A stretch of DNA of 55,190 nucleotides from Vicugna vicugna (taxonomy: Eukaryota), in contig MU058037.1 in the NCBI GenBank assembly GCA_013265495.1, positions 436,001 to 491,190 on the forward strand. Direction: 5' to 3'. Shown here piece after piece: positions 1 to 12,490 of this stretch. A program made the translations under genes and the position numbers. How positions within the stretch are numbered: the first letter of the stretch is position 1; the number at the start of each line of letters is the position of its first letter. A model generated the notes under the pieces. The model was not told the DNA's origin. It made no database searches and saw only the letters and a list, made by a program, of their open reading frames with translations.

Positions 1-340
1 GGTCCAGGGAACTACCTTGAGGACCTCTGACCTATTACCTTCCCCTACATTCGCTCCCTCACTTCTACTTCATCATTTTGAAAGTAAAATAAAGCTCAGG
101 TATGTTATTTTATCTTTAAATCCTCAATGTGTAACCCTAAATAAAAGGGGTGATAAAACATATTTACATTACCATTTTCTTATCAAAAATACTAATTATT
201 CTAATATTATATACCTATTTAGTGCTAAATTTTGCCTTATTATTTCATAAATACTTTTACAGTTGGTCATTCCAATCTACATAAGCTCTACATACTGTAT
301 TTGATTGATATGCCTCTAAATTCTTTGTTATTTCCATTAT

Positions 341-538
341 AGAAGTCAACAAACTGACCCATAACCTGTTTTTGTAAATAAAGTTTTATTAGGATACAGC
401 CATACCCATTCATTATAAGTGTTCATGTCTGCTTTCCAACTGCAACAGTGGAGTTGAGTGGTTTGCATTGTGGGCTGTAAGGCCTGTAAAGTAAAAAAAT
501 ATTTACTATTTGTTACTTTACAGAAAAAGTTTAAGCCC
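341..538 (+). mobile_element. MER58A (hAT-Charlie MITE)
   Basis: Diagnostic 'cctgtttttgtaaataaagttttattaggatacagccatacccattcatt' and 3' end 'aaatatttactatttgttactttacagaaaaagttt'. Confidence 0.9.
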
Positions 539-1121
539 TTTCCCCTATGCTCTTGCTTCTCCTAATTTTTCTTTGCACATATCTGTTGAAGAAACCAGGT
601 CATTTTTCCTACAGGGTTTGCCATATTCTAGATTTTGCTAACTGCATTGCCCCCACTGTTATTTATCATGTTCTTCTGTCTCCTGTATTTCTTACAAACA
701 GATACACAGACCAAAAGGCTTGAGCAGATTTGAGTTCAATATTTTGGCAAGAGTTGATTAGTGGCTTTAAGTGTTACCAGTCAGATCCATCTATCTTCAA
801 GTTCATAATCAGGTTTTCACCTAATGATTTTAGTAGCTATTAATCATCATTGCCTAGATTGATTATTTCATTAGGTATCACAAAATGATTTTATGGTGAT
901 TTTATCATTCCTTTTAATTTATTAGCTAGAATGCTTTTATAAATGAGAACTTTTCCTCATCAATTTTTTGGTTACTTTGATATATAGTTTTGTGAAAGAA
1001 ACGCAGGATAAATGCTTGGTTCTGTCCCTTCATTGCCACTCTGAGAATAATGAGTGGGCTCGCTAACACCTTCAAAGATAACCACTGAATTATTTTAAAC
1101 TATCATATGAATGCCTGAATT

Positions 1122-1273
1122 GTTTTTAAGAACTTTATTGAGATTTATTTTACATGCCATAGAATTAACTCTTTTTAAATGTGGAATTCATTGGTTTTTA
1201 GTATATTTGCAGAGTTGTGCCACTAGCACTACAATTAATTTTAAAATGTTTCCATTATCTTAAAAAGAAACCT
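1122..1273 (-). mobile_element. Short L1MB-type 3' end with degraded TSD
   Basis: 'ctttattgagat...tttttagtatatttgcagagttgtgc...aaaagaaacc', flanked by tatgaatgcctgaatt (1106-1121) and tatgaatacatggaatt (1274-1290). Confidence 0.7.
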
Positions 1274-1469
1274 TATGAATACATGGAATTTTTAGAATGT
1301 AATTGATGTGTTCCAATCCATTTTAATACTCTTTTGAAGCCCAAATCGTCCCATTTTTGGTTGGTGGGAGCCCTTTTGAGATTGGTTCTTATACCAGGTT
1401 ATTATGAAAATAAAATGAAGGAATAATTTTCAAGATTATGATACTTAAGGGATGCTACATTGCTATTAT

Positions 1470-1648
1470 AGTGGTTATCAACCTTGGATACATACTAGAA
1501 TCATCTGAAGAACCTTAAGACATCTTGATGTTCAGTCCATTCCCTATACTAATTACAGGAGACTCTCTGCAGGGGATACCCAGGCAGCAGTGCTTTTTAA
1601 AACCCACTAGGTGAATTCCAGTGTGCAGCCAATTTTTGGAACCACAGA
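1470..1648. mobile_element. MER5A-family hAT-Charlie MITE
   Basis: TIR-like ends 'tagtggttatcaacc' and 'ggaaccacag', with internal 'agaatcatctg' and 'ggtgaattccagtgtgcagcca'. Confidence 0.75.
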
Positions 1649-2086
1649 CTTTTGAGGATATGTGTTAATTTTTTTTCCCTTCCTCCCAAGCCCTTTCCCT
1701 GCTTTCATCTTGGGCAACTATAATACTTTATTTGCCCAGTCACTCAAGCTAGCTACCTCAAGTCATTTGACTCTTTCTTACTAGCACTCTTTAAATCCAA
1801 GGGATTTTTTTTTGAAGAGAAATGGCTGGCTCAGATCTGTGTTGTACAGAAATACTTCTGGCAGCAATATGAAGGAGACATTGATGAGGCAAGTGAAGAC
1901 TACTCATTGTTTAAGTACTTCTTCAGGACTCATAGTGACAACCTTTGCATTCCTTACCATGGTATTCTAGGTTACCCATGATCCAGTCTTCACCTCTGTA
2001 ACCAATCTTATCACATACCCTAGATCCCTGTACCTGACAGTATGGCCATATTAATACACATTTTCTCTACAACATTGCCACAGAAA

Positions 2087-2243
2087 GGGTGGCCCACCAT
2101 GAACCTGTTACATTGGAATCCCTTGGGAGCTTATTAGCGATGCAGGATTTCAGGCCCCACCCACAGGCCCACCTGAATCCCAACCTGTTTTTTAATAAGG
2201 TTCTCCAGTTGATTCATAGGCACATTAAGTTGTGAGAACTTTG
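2087..2243. mobile_element. MER5A/MER5B-family hAT-Charlie MITE
   Basis: 'ggaatcccttgggagcttattag...gatttcaggccccaccc...gattcataggcacattaagttgtgagaac'. Confidence 0.75.
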
Positions 2244-2329
2244 TTCTGACTCTTTCCACTCTTTTCTTCTTCTTCTGATGCCTTGATCTCTTTATGCATG
2301 TCAGTTCTTCCTCTCTCTCTCTCCTTTGA

Positions 2330-2630
2330 TCCATCCTTCAAGCCTTAGTTCAAATGTTTTTTTGCCCTGGAATCCTTACTGATTTTCCCACCTCTGAATA
2401 TAAGAGCTCTTTCCTTCTTCACAGCTTTGATGCTGTGTTTGTCATGCCACTTTCATAAAACAGTAATTTCATTTTCTTTTTAGTGATTCAGGTACATGAA
2501 AAATTACTACATGTAAAGCTGTTGAGTGCAATAACCATGCATCATTCATTTCTGTATTCACCCAGCACTTTACTTTGCAGATATTAGAATTTCTATTTAG
2601 AAAACAAAAAGTAGAATACATAAATGAATA
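2330..2630 (+). mobile_element. L2 3' fragment
   Basis: 'catccttcaagccttagttcaaatg...atgtaaagct...cattcatttctgtattcacccagcac...taaatgaat' resembles the L2 3' end. Confidence 0.55.
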
Positions 2631-5344
2631 AGGTTGGTTAGAGGATGCCAGTATTTGCTTTCCCTTGTCCTTTGCAGCAGAAGTTGATATCTTCAGCTGG
2701 CAAATTTAGCCTTACTTATTTTTGTATGCATTCTTGATCAAGGCAAGCAGCTTATATTAACATTCACACCCACCATATATTGGTGTTGAATTACTGTTGA
2801 TGTGAACTCAGTACCACATGTGCCTGATGTGAGCTCTGGGCACTGTATGCCTGCCAGTATGTTCCCTTTTCCCTATTCCCACCCCTTCTCAATAGCACTG
2901 TGTGTGCTCAGCTTGTAAAATTAAATTCATCTCTGTACGTGGTTTGAAATCTCATTCTTCTTCTGTCTTGTGGTTTAACCAATCACTAGAGTCAGTTTAC
3001 CCTACCTGGATACAGATGTTACCTATGATCACCAACACAGCTCTTTTGGACACTGAAATTTACACTACTAGTCAGTGCTGGCCACATACACACACATGCA
3101 CACACAGCATGGCTAGATTGCTTCCTCTAAACTCAGTCCTACAATTATCCTGCTTTCCCCCCATGGCTTGTGGTTGAGCTTGTTATAGAGAAATGCAGTC
3201 CCTGAGACTAACTTGGAGTTCAGTGACGTGGGGACTGTAGACTGACCAATTGTGGCTTGACCAGGTGCTAGGAGAACTGGTCCCTTTTGGCAAGAAGGGG
3301 ATAGTAGTGTTTTTATCAAGAGCCTTAGGGCTATGCTGAGGTAGTTGTACTCAATTGCATTGTGCTGGTATTTCTACTTATGCTTAGTACAATACTATAG
3401 CTTCTTACACCCATTCAGAATTTACATCCATTCGTATCTCATTAATTTTTTCAACTTAGTTCTATAGGTCCACAAGTATTAGCACTATCAATATACATCC
3501 TACTTGATTGTTCCCCTTTATCTATGAATTATCGCAAAACTAAGGGAGCTTACCTAGCTTCTAGGAGCAAGGACTCAGTCCTTTTCTACATGCTAGAGGG
3601 AGGGAGAAATTCTATCTCTAGTATTGCTGCTGCTCTACTGCTTTTTGCTATTATATAATATTATATGGTATTATATGAAACATTATCCTGTGACATCCTG
3701 TGAGTGTTTATTTCCCCTGGGTTAATATATCAGGTCCAGGTTCCTGCGTAGGCTACAGTGGTGTTTGTTCCAGACTTGGTCTCCAAAGTGACAACTCTCT
3801 TGGTTCGTACTCATATGTTTATCTCTTATCTCCATCTCACCACTACTAGGTATCTGGGTCTGAAGGAGCTTCCAGCATAAGCTATATGCTAATGTGGTTT
3901 TTGGTAACTGCCCACTTATGGCTCTAGATATCCCTGTTTTCTTGGACTAGATTTACTCTCTGTTTTCCTGTTCATGTATGTGATAAATTCTCATCCCTAA
4001 ATTTGACTTAAGACCATCCCCCAATACCAGCTGCTGTTCTTGGCTCAACTGTTTTTGTCCTTATTTTACTGTAATACTCAGTATTGAGATATCATCACTT
4101 TTGCATATTTCTGGATTCATATGAAAAATTATTTTAGGAATGGGTGGTAGGTTTGCATGCTTATTAAATAATTGGAAATAGCTAAAATACTGAAAAGCTA
4201 AATATAATCTGGCCAATCATGAATATGTCATGAAGGAAGTGTTATAATGAATCCAATTTTGTGTATATGGGTTCTAAATAAATGCAAATGCATTTCAGTT
4301 TTGCTCAGACAACAGTTTTTTCCCCTTCATAATTCAAGTGATATCCAACAGAAAAGTAGGTCATGATTTTATCTTAGAAAATGTCATATTCGTCTTAGAA
4401 TACATTAGCCTCATTAGTAACAATCTGAATTGCAGTAATCCATCTCCCCTTTGGCAGATGACAGTCAAACCATACACTGTCTGAGGGTGTGGAGAGGAGA
4501 AAACCTTTCCTTGAAAATCACACTTGCAAAGCCAAGGAAGTCAAATGCCTGTCTAGCCCTATGCAACTTTGGGTTGAAATCACTTGAGATCCCATTAGAG
4601 AGTTATTTCGTTCAATATTTAGCTAAATATGTGTGAAATATTATAAATAATCTTCAAGGGTAGCATCTTCTGAAATCTGGTCCCAGGAGACTATTTTGAA
4701 TATTTGTAGTAGAGAAGAATGTCACCTCTCTATTGAGATATGCATGCAGTGTGCATATTATATGCACATCTCTGACGTTCCAGAAAAGTTCCTAGCTTTA
4801 ATATTTGTTAAATTTGATGATTGCTTTCAGACTGAAACTCTTCCATATAGAGGAGTTGGTGTTGCTGTATCTTATTGAAACCTCATCTAATTTCAGCTAT
4901 TTGTTGAAAAACTAAACCCCACACCCACAACCCACTTCTCTGGGAGGAAAGCACATTCTGCCCAGTGTTGCGCTCATTACAAGTGACTGGCTATGGAAAT
5001 GCATAAGCACTGGCTACCACATGGTGCTTCTCTACTTGGTTTCTTCGTGTTAGAAGAGGAACAGCAAGGACATGCTTACTGTTGGGGCATTTGTATATCC
5101 AAGGAGTTTAGCTACATTTGCCCCAACTTGATTATTTTCTCTGAAGAGCACAATAATACATACTCACTATAAACATTGAGGAAAAGCAGAAAAGTTTAAA
5201 GAAGCAGAAAAATAAGACTTGCCTATAATCCTAACTCCCAGAGGTAATAACTTATCAGTTTTGCCATATTTTCTTTTGGTCTTTTTCTATGTGTTGCTTT
5301 ATGTAGATATGTAACAGAAGTTGAACTTTGAGCCTAAGTCACAT

Positions 5345-5611
5345 CCATTTCTTGGAGTCAGACAGGGTGCCAGCATGGTTAGGTGAGGGCCCTCTTCTGG
5401 GTCACAGACCTCTTGATGTTTCTTCACATGGTGGAAGGGGCTAGAGAGCTCTCTCAGGCCTCTTTTATAAGAGCATTAATCCCATTCAGGAGGCCTCTGA
5501 CCTCATGACCTAATCACCTCCCAAAGTTTCTACCTTCTAACATCATCTCCTTGGACCTCAGGTTCTCAACATAAGAATTTGGGGAACACACAAGCATTCA
5601 ATCTGTACCAC
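5345..5611 (-). mobile_element. MLT1A-type MaLR LTR (partial)
   Basis: 'ggtgccagcatggttaggtgagggccctctt...cttttataagagcattaatcccattca...ctcatgacctaatcacctcccaaag...gaatttggggaacac'. Confidence 0.85.
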
Positions 5612-5972
5612 TGTGGTATATCCATACTATGGAATACACACAGCAGTTTCTATGAATCTCATATTTATGCTGACTGAAAGAAGCCAGAAGAAAGAGTCCA
5701 CAGTGTATGATTTCATTTGTATAAAATTCTACAAAATGCAAACTAATTTTTAATGAAAAAACAGATTGGTAGCACTAGAAGTTAGGGATTGTAGAGAGGT
5801 GAGGCGGAAGGATTGCAAAGGGATATGAAGAAACTTGAGGATGATGGATATGCTTAATATCCTCCTTTATGTGACAATTTCATAAGTATATGCATACACT
5901 AAAATGTCTCCAGCTGTACACCTTAAATATGTGCAGTTTATTGTATATCAGTTACAGCTCACAAAAGCTGTA
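5612..5972 (+). mobile_element. L1ME/L1MC 3' end
   Basis: 'ctgtggtatatccatactatggaata...tgaaagaagccaga...tgtatgatttcatttgtataaaattct...atatgtgcagtttattgtatatcagtta'. Confidence 0.8.
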
Positions 5973-6004
5973 GAGGTATAGTCTTTATTGGGTGAGACTG
6001 GATA

Positions 6005-6435
6005 TATCAGTCATGGCTCATTGGTTGTAAATCATAGAAAATGACTTAGTATAAATTAAATTAAAAAGAATTCATTGAAAGGGTAAAGGGAGCTCACAGA
6101 ACTGTTAGGAAGGCTGAAAGAGCTAGACCTGGAATGGAGCAGGACACGAGACAACTTCAGAGGCCCAGGAAGCAGGGAGGAGAAAAGTACCTCATGCCTG
6201 ACAGCAGCTGGTTAGGATGCCTCTTCTGCTCACTGAATGGATTCTACCATTATCAGGCTGGGGAAATGGGATGACGAACTTCCACCATTATTATTCTGTT
6301 TAAGAGTGAGATTCCAGAGAGGAGTGTTCCCCTTGGCTGAGGGAAAGAAGCTATGGCCAAGTTTTAAAGTAAATTAGAGTGTTACTAGGAAATAAGAAGG
6401 AATGCCGAGTACCATAAAAATCAAATGCCTGCCAC
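6005..6435 (-). mobile_element. Old MaLR LTR (MLT1J/K/L-like)
   Basis: Starts 'tatcagtcatggctcattggttgtaaatcatagaaa...aaaagaattcattgaaaggg', typical of antisense old MLT1. Confidence 0.55.
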
Positions 6436-6899
6436 TCAAGGACTTTCATTTCTGTTCTGGTTACTGTATTTTTATGGGATTAGTACTAATGTATTAATAA
6501 CTGAACAGAACTACATAAACACTATTTTAAAATGGAAATAAATTAATATAGTAGTTTTTCACTGTAATATTAATATATATGCATTACAGACCATTTGGAT
6601 GATAGTAGAAAACTAGAAGGAAAGAAACGAATCATCTATAGACTCACTACTGAGAAGCAATCACTCTTAAAATTCATTAATTTTTTGACATAGGTTATGT
6701 TTCTTTAATGAACCAAAATATTTTAGTTTTAAATTAATCTTCACAAAGTATTATACAGGGAAATAATTGGACATAAATTCCAATATGTCGTCTGAATTCA
6801 GTGCTTCCCACACTTCCGCTATTGGGAACACCACCATCAACACCACCCATTTTTGCAATATGGGATGTTTAAAGGTGACTGATTCAATATCAACCCGCC

Positions 6900-7150
6900 T
6901 TTTAAAAATTAAGACTTTATTCTTTGAGAGCAATTTTAGGTTTACAGCGAAGTTAAGGGGAGGTCAGATTTTGCATATACCTCCTGACCCCACACACACA
7001 TAGCCTTTCCCTGTATAAACATCCTCCACCAGAGTGGTACATTTGTTACTGATGAACCTACACTGACACATCATAATCACCCGAAGTCCATAGTTTACAT
7101 TAGGGTTCACTCTTGGTGTTATACATTCTATGGCTTTGGACAAATTTATA
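6900..7150 (-). mobile_element. L1MC1-like 3' end
   Basis: 'agactttattctttgagagcaattttaggtttacag...ccaccagagtggtacatttgttac...tccatagtttacattagggttcactcttggtgtt'. Confidence 0.85.
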
Positions 7151-7680
7151 TCCAGTTACTAGTAAATTGGTGAATAACAAATCACTCCTAAACTTAGCAC
7201 AACAAATCTCATTTTTATTATTTCTTACCTCGATCAAGAATTTAGGAAGAAATTGAGTGATTCTGGCTGGCTCCGGTCTCTCACATATTTATAATTAGAT
7301 GGAGCTGAAACAATGGGGGCTAGAGCAATTTGGGGCTTCCTAGGAATGTCTCTCTTCATGTAATCTCAGGTTTCTCTATTTGATCTTCATTCATGGGCTA
7401 GTCTCGGTTTACTTATGGCCGGCAGTCTCATGATGATTGAACTCTTCAAGAGAGAATATTCCAGTTGACAAATGAGTTTTATTGCCTTTTGTGACCTATA
7501 TTCAGTGTCACTTCTGCCTCATTCTAGTGGTTATAGGCAAGTCAAAGCCTATCCAGATTCAAGGACATGAGATAGATATCCCATCTCTCAGTGGGAATAG
7601 CATCAAGATCGCATTGCAAAAAGGCGCATGGGATGGGAGATACTGTTGTGTTATCTTTGGAGTATATAGTGTGCTATACC
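7151..7680 (-). mobile_element. MLT1F/G-like MaLR solo LTR
   Basis: 'taacaaatcactcctaaacttag...cagtgtcacttctgcctcattcta...gcatgggatgggagatactgttgtgttatctttgg'. Confidence 0.75.
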
Positions 7681-7892
7681 TTCTGTAATTAGTAAATTTC
7701 AGCTTTTCTGGACTCAAAGCGTTTAAGTCGGTACACTGAATTAACCTTTTGTAGGAGGGTAGCTCTACAAAATGAAATCAGTCTTTCTTCTGCTTTTATA
7801 GAGGAAACATAGCTTCCCATATAATTCTTTAAAAATCTGCTGAAAGTTGGACTCCAAATTTTTCCTTGGTAATGCCTAGAGAAGAAATTTTA

Positions 7893-8090
7893 TAGTAATG
7901 AAAGAGCAGTAGATTGATAATCATAAGTTCTGTGGTTATACCCTGTCCTTGCCACTATCTTTGGCTACTGAATCTCAGTTTGACTCTCTGTGAAATGGAA
8001 ATAATATTTCTCCTGTGAACTCCATAGCTTTATGTCGAAGAGCAAGTGAGATTGTTAGTGTGAAACTGAGAGAAAATGCCAGGTAAAAAT
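7893..8090 (+). mobile_element. MIR SINE
   Basis: Core 'ctcagtttgactctctgtgaaatggaaataat' and a 'tgccacta' B-box remnant. Confidence 0.6.
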
Positions 8091-10424
8091 GAGATATTGC
8101 TGTTGTTCTTCTAAATAATTGTAATGTTTTATAGCCTATAAGGGGCAAGAAGCTCTTCCTAGTATCTGACTTAAATGCGTTCATTTGCCACAGCTCCCTG
8201 TAACTAACCAAATTGAAATTGATTGTGTTTATTTCCCTCTGGTAAAACGGTGACAGAGTCACATGCAGAGGTTTTGATATGTTACCACTGTTATTTTCAC
8301 AATATCGTGCCATATAATTTGATTTGTATTCTGTGCATCACATAAGCCTTTTGCTTAGCGAGCAAACAGTACTGAGCGTCTAGCTTCTAGCGTTTTTACT
8401 CCAGAATCCCTAAATCATTTTCCTGATCATTGCGTTGCATTGCTACCACTTAATATGGATCTTCTGTTTTGGTTCATTGTCTCTAGACTTATTATTTTAC
8501 ATTTGTCTGCATTTAACTGCATTCTCGGTTTATTGGTCCAGTCACCATGAGGTACCAATCCATCTGAATCGTGCCATTGTTCTTGTTCCTAAATTCTGTA
8601 TATATACCATATAAAACTAATAAAAAATCTATGTACCTTAGAGAAGGTTATGAATATTTTACTGGTTATACTTCAGGGTCAGACTAACAACTCAAAATGG
8701 GTCAAGCCAATGTTCAAGGTACCAGGCCACTGAACAGAGCTTCCAGGAGGGAAGGAAGCCAATATTTTCCAATGGAAAGCTTTGATAAAATCTGGTTCAC
8801 TCTATAAAGTTGTGCCATATTTACTGGTGGCCTAGGGCTCATACTTTTAGAAATCTCATTTTATCTTTGTTTAAATATCCATATTATAGTCCCTTTAAAA
8901 ATAGTTTTCTGAAAAGAAGTGTGATCCATTCAAAAGTAGACTGCCTATGTCAGAAAAGTGATTAGCTTGGACCACTGTTAAGAAATTTGCTTAAAAATTA
9001 GGTAAACACATTAAATCAAAATTAAGTTCTAATGACGTCTAGTTTTATCATGCAAAACATGTTTGGGGCCTACTATGTGTCAGGAAGTTAGCATTCCATT
9101 CTATATGGAATGTCTTTATGTGTTCCTATAGAGAGATGTTAGACGTACAGCATAGGATATGATTAATTCTGCCTGGGAAGTTTAGGAAATGTTGAAAAGA
9201 ACAAGAACTGGGTTTAAGAGACAGTAGAGTATTGAGCCATTTTCTTGTTTGGCTGTGAGACATTGCGGAGTATGAAGGGAACACATAGCACAGAGAAGAT
9301 ATAGTCTGTTACGTCCCTGGTCCTTCTTCACCTGCCAGAGCTTCTGGAAGTGATAGGAACACCTGCAGGAAGGACTCCTGGGGAATTAGAGAGATGATCA
9401 GGGATACTATCTAAAGTTTACTGAGGATAGTGAGATATTCCTATTGAACGGTCACAGAGAAGAAATCAGCAGGAGACCGTGAGGTAAGAGCTCTAAAGAG
9501 CCAGGCATTAGTTAAGCAGACAAAAGCAGCCAGTCCCTGTGTTCTTTTAAAAGATGCATAGATTTGTGACAGGAGTTTGTGTGTGTGTCCGTTTGCAGAG
9601 AATCAGAAAAAAATTATCTATGGTAGTGCTTCAAAAGAAAATTAAGAAAACTTGAATATAATATTAACGCTATATTTTACTAACTTATTTTGACAAAACC
9701 TTAACGTCACTGAATGGAAGAGAATATTGTGATTTCTTATTGGTTCCTTTAGCAAAGCCAAGTGACAGTATAAGTTAGTTTTCTTCAACTGATAATTATC
9801 CATGGCAGAGGAAGTATTAAGGCAGCAAAAATGTCCCTTTCCCGAAGGAGTTGGCCATGACATGGGAGACAGTCAGTCATAAACACAAGGAAGAATAAGC
9901 GATCAATCTGAGCTCGTTTGGTAATTTATCTCTCCCTTCACTTTGAATGGCTATAGCATTTATCGTATGTTCTGCCTAATTTAGCACTTAATAACATAGT
10001 TTCTCATTGTCCTCTAATTGTTTGATAAATGAAAGTCTTCTTTCTCCAACCAGACTGTATTCTCCCTAAGGGCAGGGGACTTTGTTTTTGTCTTGTCTAC
10101 TCTCTCCTCATCTACCAGTGCCCAGTGGAATGATTAGTAGGCAGCTATTAAGTGTCCTGTGAATACATACTTGTTGAGGTCTAAGGGACCATGTAATCAG
10201 GCTTAGTTATTTTACTTCTTCAGCCGCAGCTTCCTTTTCTAGAAAATAACCAAGTTAAACTCAGTGATTTCTAAGGCCTTTTCCAGCCCTGAGGATCTTT
10301 AAATTAAGATTTTAATCTGCCTGTATTTTACTGGATGGAATAAACTGACTATTAACACCCATAATCAGATATTAACATTACACATATATCTGACAGTTTT
10401 CTTAATTGTGAAGTCAGCATATTA

Positions 10425-11010
10425 CTTACTTCATCCAACTATCCATAAAACTGTTTCAACAGATATACAGTATGCACATACTGTGGGCCAGGTATTTTAG
10501 GAGATGCTGCAGAATTACTGGTGAGGAAGGTTGGTACAGATTTCGCTTTCCCAAAGCTTATAATTACCAAGGAATAAAGGAAGACAGATAATTAAACACT
10601 AGCCACAGAGTGAGATGAAGGCTATGCTGGGAGTAAGGACCCAGTTATGGGGCACATATCTGAGTGCCCAAACCTGTCTCTTGGGCTTCTGAAAGTCTTG
10701 CTTGCTAGTGGTATTTGGTCCAAGATGACCAGAAGGATTAGGATGGATCAGCCAGTCGAAGTGGAGGAGCAGAAGGAGAAGCTGTGGAAAGATCCGGAAG
10801 TAGGAGAGAGCGTGAATACTGAAGGAATTCCAGTTAGGTCTGGAGTGAGATTTTAAGGAAGAGGTGAGGTGAGATATGAGTTACGGAGATGGGCCAAAAG
10901 TCAGACCTTTGAAGCACGTTAGAACTTCTCTTAAGGAGCATGGAGGCTACTAGAGGATAAAGAGGGATGACATGAACATATTTGTTCTTTTAAGAAAAAT
11001 ACTTCAATCG
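10425..11010 (-). mobile_element. L2 fragment
   Basis: 'tcatccaactatcc...tactgtgggccagg...ctttcccaaagctta...ggaggctactagagg...gacatgaacatatttg', an antisense L2 pattern. Confidence 0.6.
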
Positions 11011-11329
11011 TCCTTTCATGCTTTATGTTCCAGCCATTGAAATCCACATTTCTGACATAATCTAAGATCATTTGTATCTGACGTAAATATGAAATGATGA
11101 CTTTTACTCTGTTATAAATAGCAAATACTCCTAACCAATTCTGACATATTTTAGTGTTTTTCAGCAGAGATAGACCATAGCTGTTTTAAGTAACATCAGT
11201 GCAAATTGAAAAAAGTTAGTGCCTATAATTATTTTTATAACTAACTTGTTGATACCCTCAATAATGTGTTTTTTTTTATAAAATAGTTGCTGATCAATAA
11301 AATTGTTCAGTGCTGAGTTGATATGAAAG

Positions 11330-11567
11330 AACAGCCAAGTTCATTGGAAAGTGCATAGACTGTGGATTTGGATGTATACTACACACTAACTCCTTAATTG
11401 TTAACAGCGAAGGCTTGAGTAATTCATTTGACCTCTCTGCGTTTCAGCCTCCCTTCTGGAAAATGGAGACAATAAATCAGGGTTTTTGTAAGGATTAGAA
11501 TGATTTTTTTGTAACATATCTAGCAAATGATCTCACGTACAATAATGGACTCAATAAATATTAGTTC
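11330..11567 (+). mobile_element. MIR SINE
   Basis: 'ttgacctctctgcgtttcagcctcccttctggaaaatggagacaataa...gtaaggatta...actcaataaatattag'. Confidence 0.75.
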
Positions 11568-12234
11568 CTTTTCTCTCCCTCAAAGGCTCTTTTCTCTCCA
11601 GTAGGAAATGGAAACCATTTGGTATTTCTGTTTATTTTATATCAAAAACTTAATAAGAACTACTGCATGACAAACATGCTTGCTAGGAATTAAGGAGGGG
11701 AATATGAATTATTAGTATCTGCCATGAAACTCAGCCTAGTGGGATATAAATGTGTATTATAAAAAAATAAGATAATGTTTTCCTTCTCCAATCCCTAACC
11801 TTCCCTCACAGGACAAAGAATTGCTTAGTGTCTTTGGAAGTAGATTTTGATCATGTCTCAGATTAATCAGACAAGCAGAAGATTTGAAGAGAGTCATAGA
11901 CATGCCCAATGGGAATGTTTTTAGACTTACATTAAACCTTTTATTCAGGTCAAGTTTATAGGAGCCATAGTTCAAACAAACCTACCTCCACCAATTCCAC
12001 ATAAAACACGTTAGGGGAAGTATGTAATTCTGTTTGAAAAAGTCAACAAGTATAAATGACTAATACCAGGTAGAAATTGAAAAGTGTGGATCAATAATAT
12101 TTATTCAGAGCCTACTATATTAGTAATAATAGCATTATATGTAATACTTGTATTTTAGAAACACTTAAATAGCCTTTTAATGTTTGATTCACATTGTAAA
12201 AGTAATATTTGCATTTTAGAAACAAATATGTAAG

Positions 12235-12490
12235 CAGCCTAATATTTACTGGCATTCACTGAACGCTTCATATATGCCTGGCTCTTTGCTAACCCCTTTA
12301 TTTGCATTAGCTCATCCACACATCAAACCTACAAGATGACTATTATGATTATTTTCATTTTATATGAGGAAACTAAGGCACTGAGAGGTAAAGTAACTTG
12401 TCTAAAGACACTCAGCTAATAAATCTGGTAGCTGGAATTGTAACCCAGGCAGTCTGACCCCTATGCTCATTACCTCTATGCTCCGCTGCC
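12235..12490 (-). mobile_element. MIR SINE
   Basis: 'catttta tatgaggaaactaaggcactgagaggtaaagtaacttgtctaaag...aacccaggcagtctgac'. Confidence 0.85.

Larger units (their letters stand above)
55..1400 (-). mobile_element. Ancient L1 3' region (L1MC4/L1MC5-like), interrupted by MER58A and a short L1MB tail
   Basis: 'ttttgaaagtaaaat...aaatcctcaatgtgta' and 'ttgaagaaaccaggtcatttttcctacagggtttgccatattctagattttgctaactgcatt' match the recalled antisense L1MC 3' UTR. Boundaries approximate. Confidence 0.65.
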
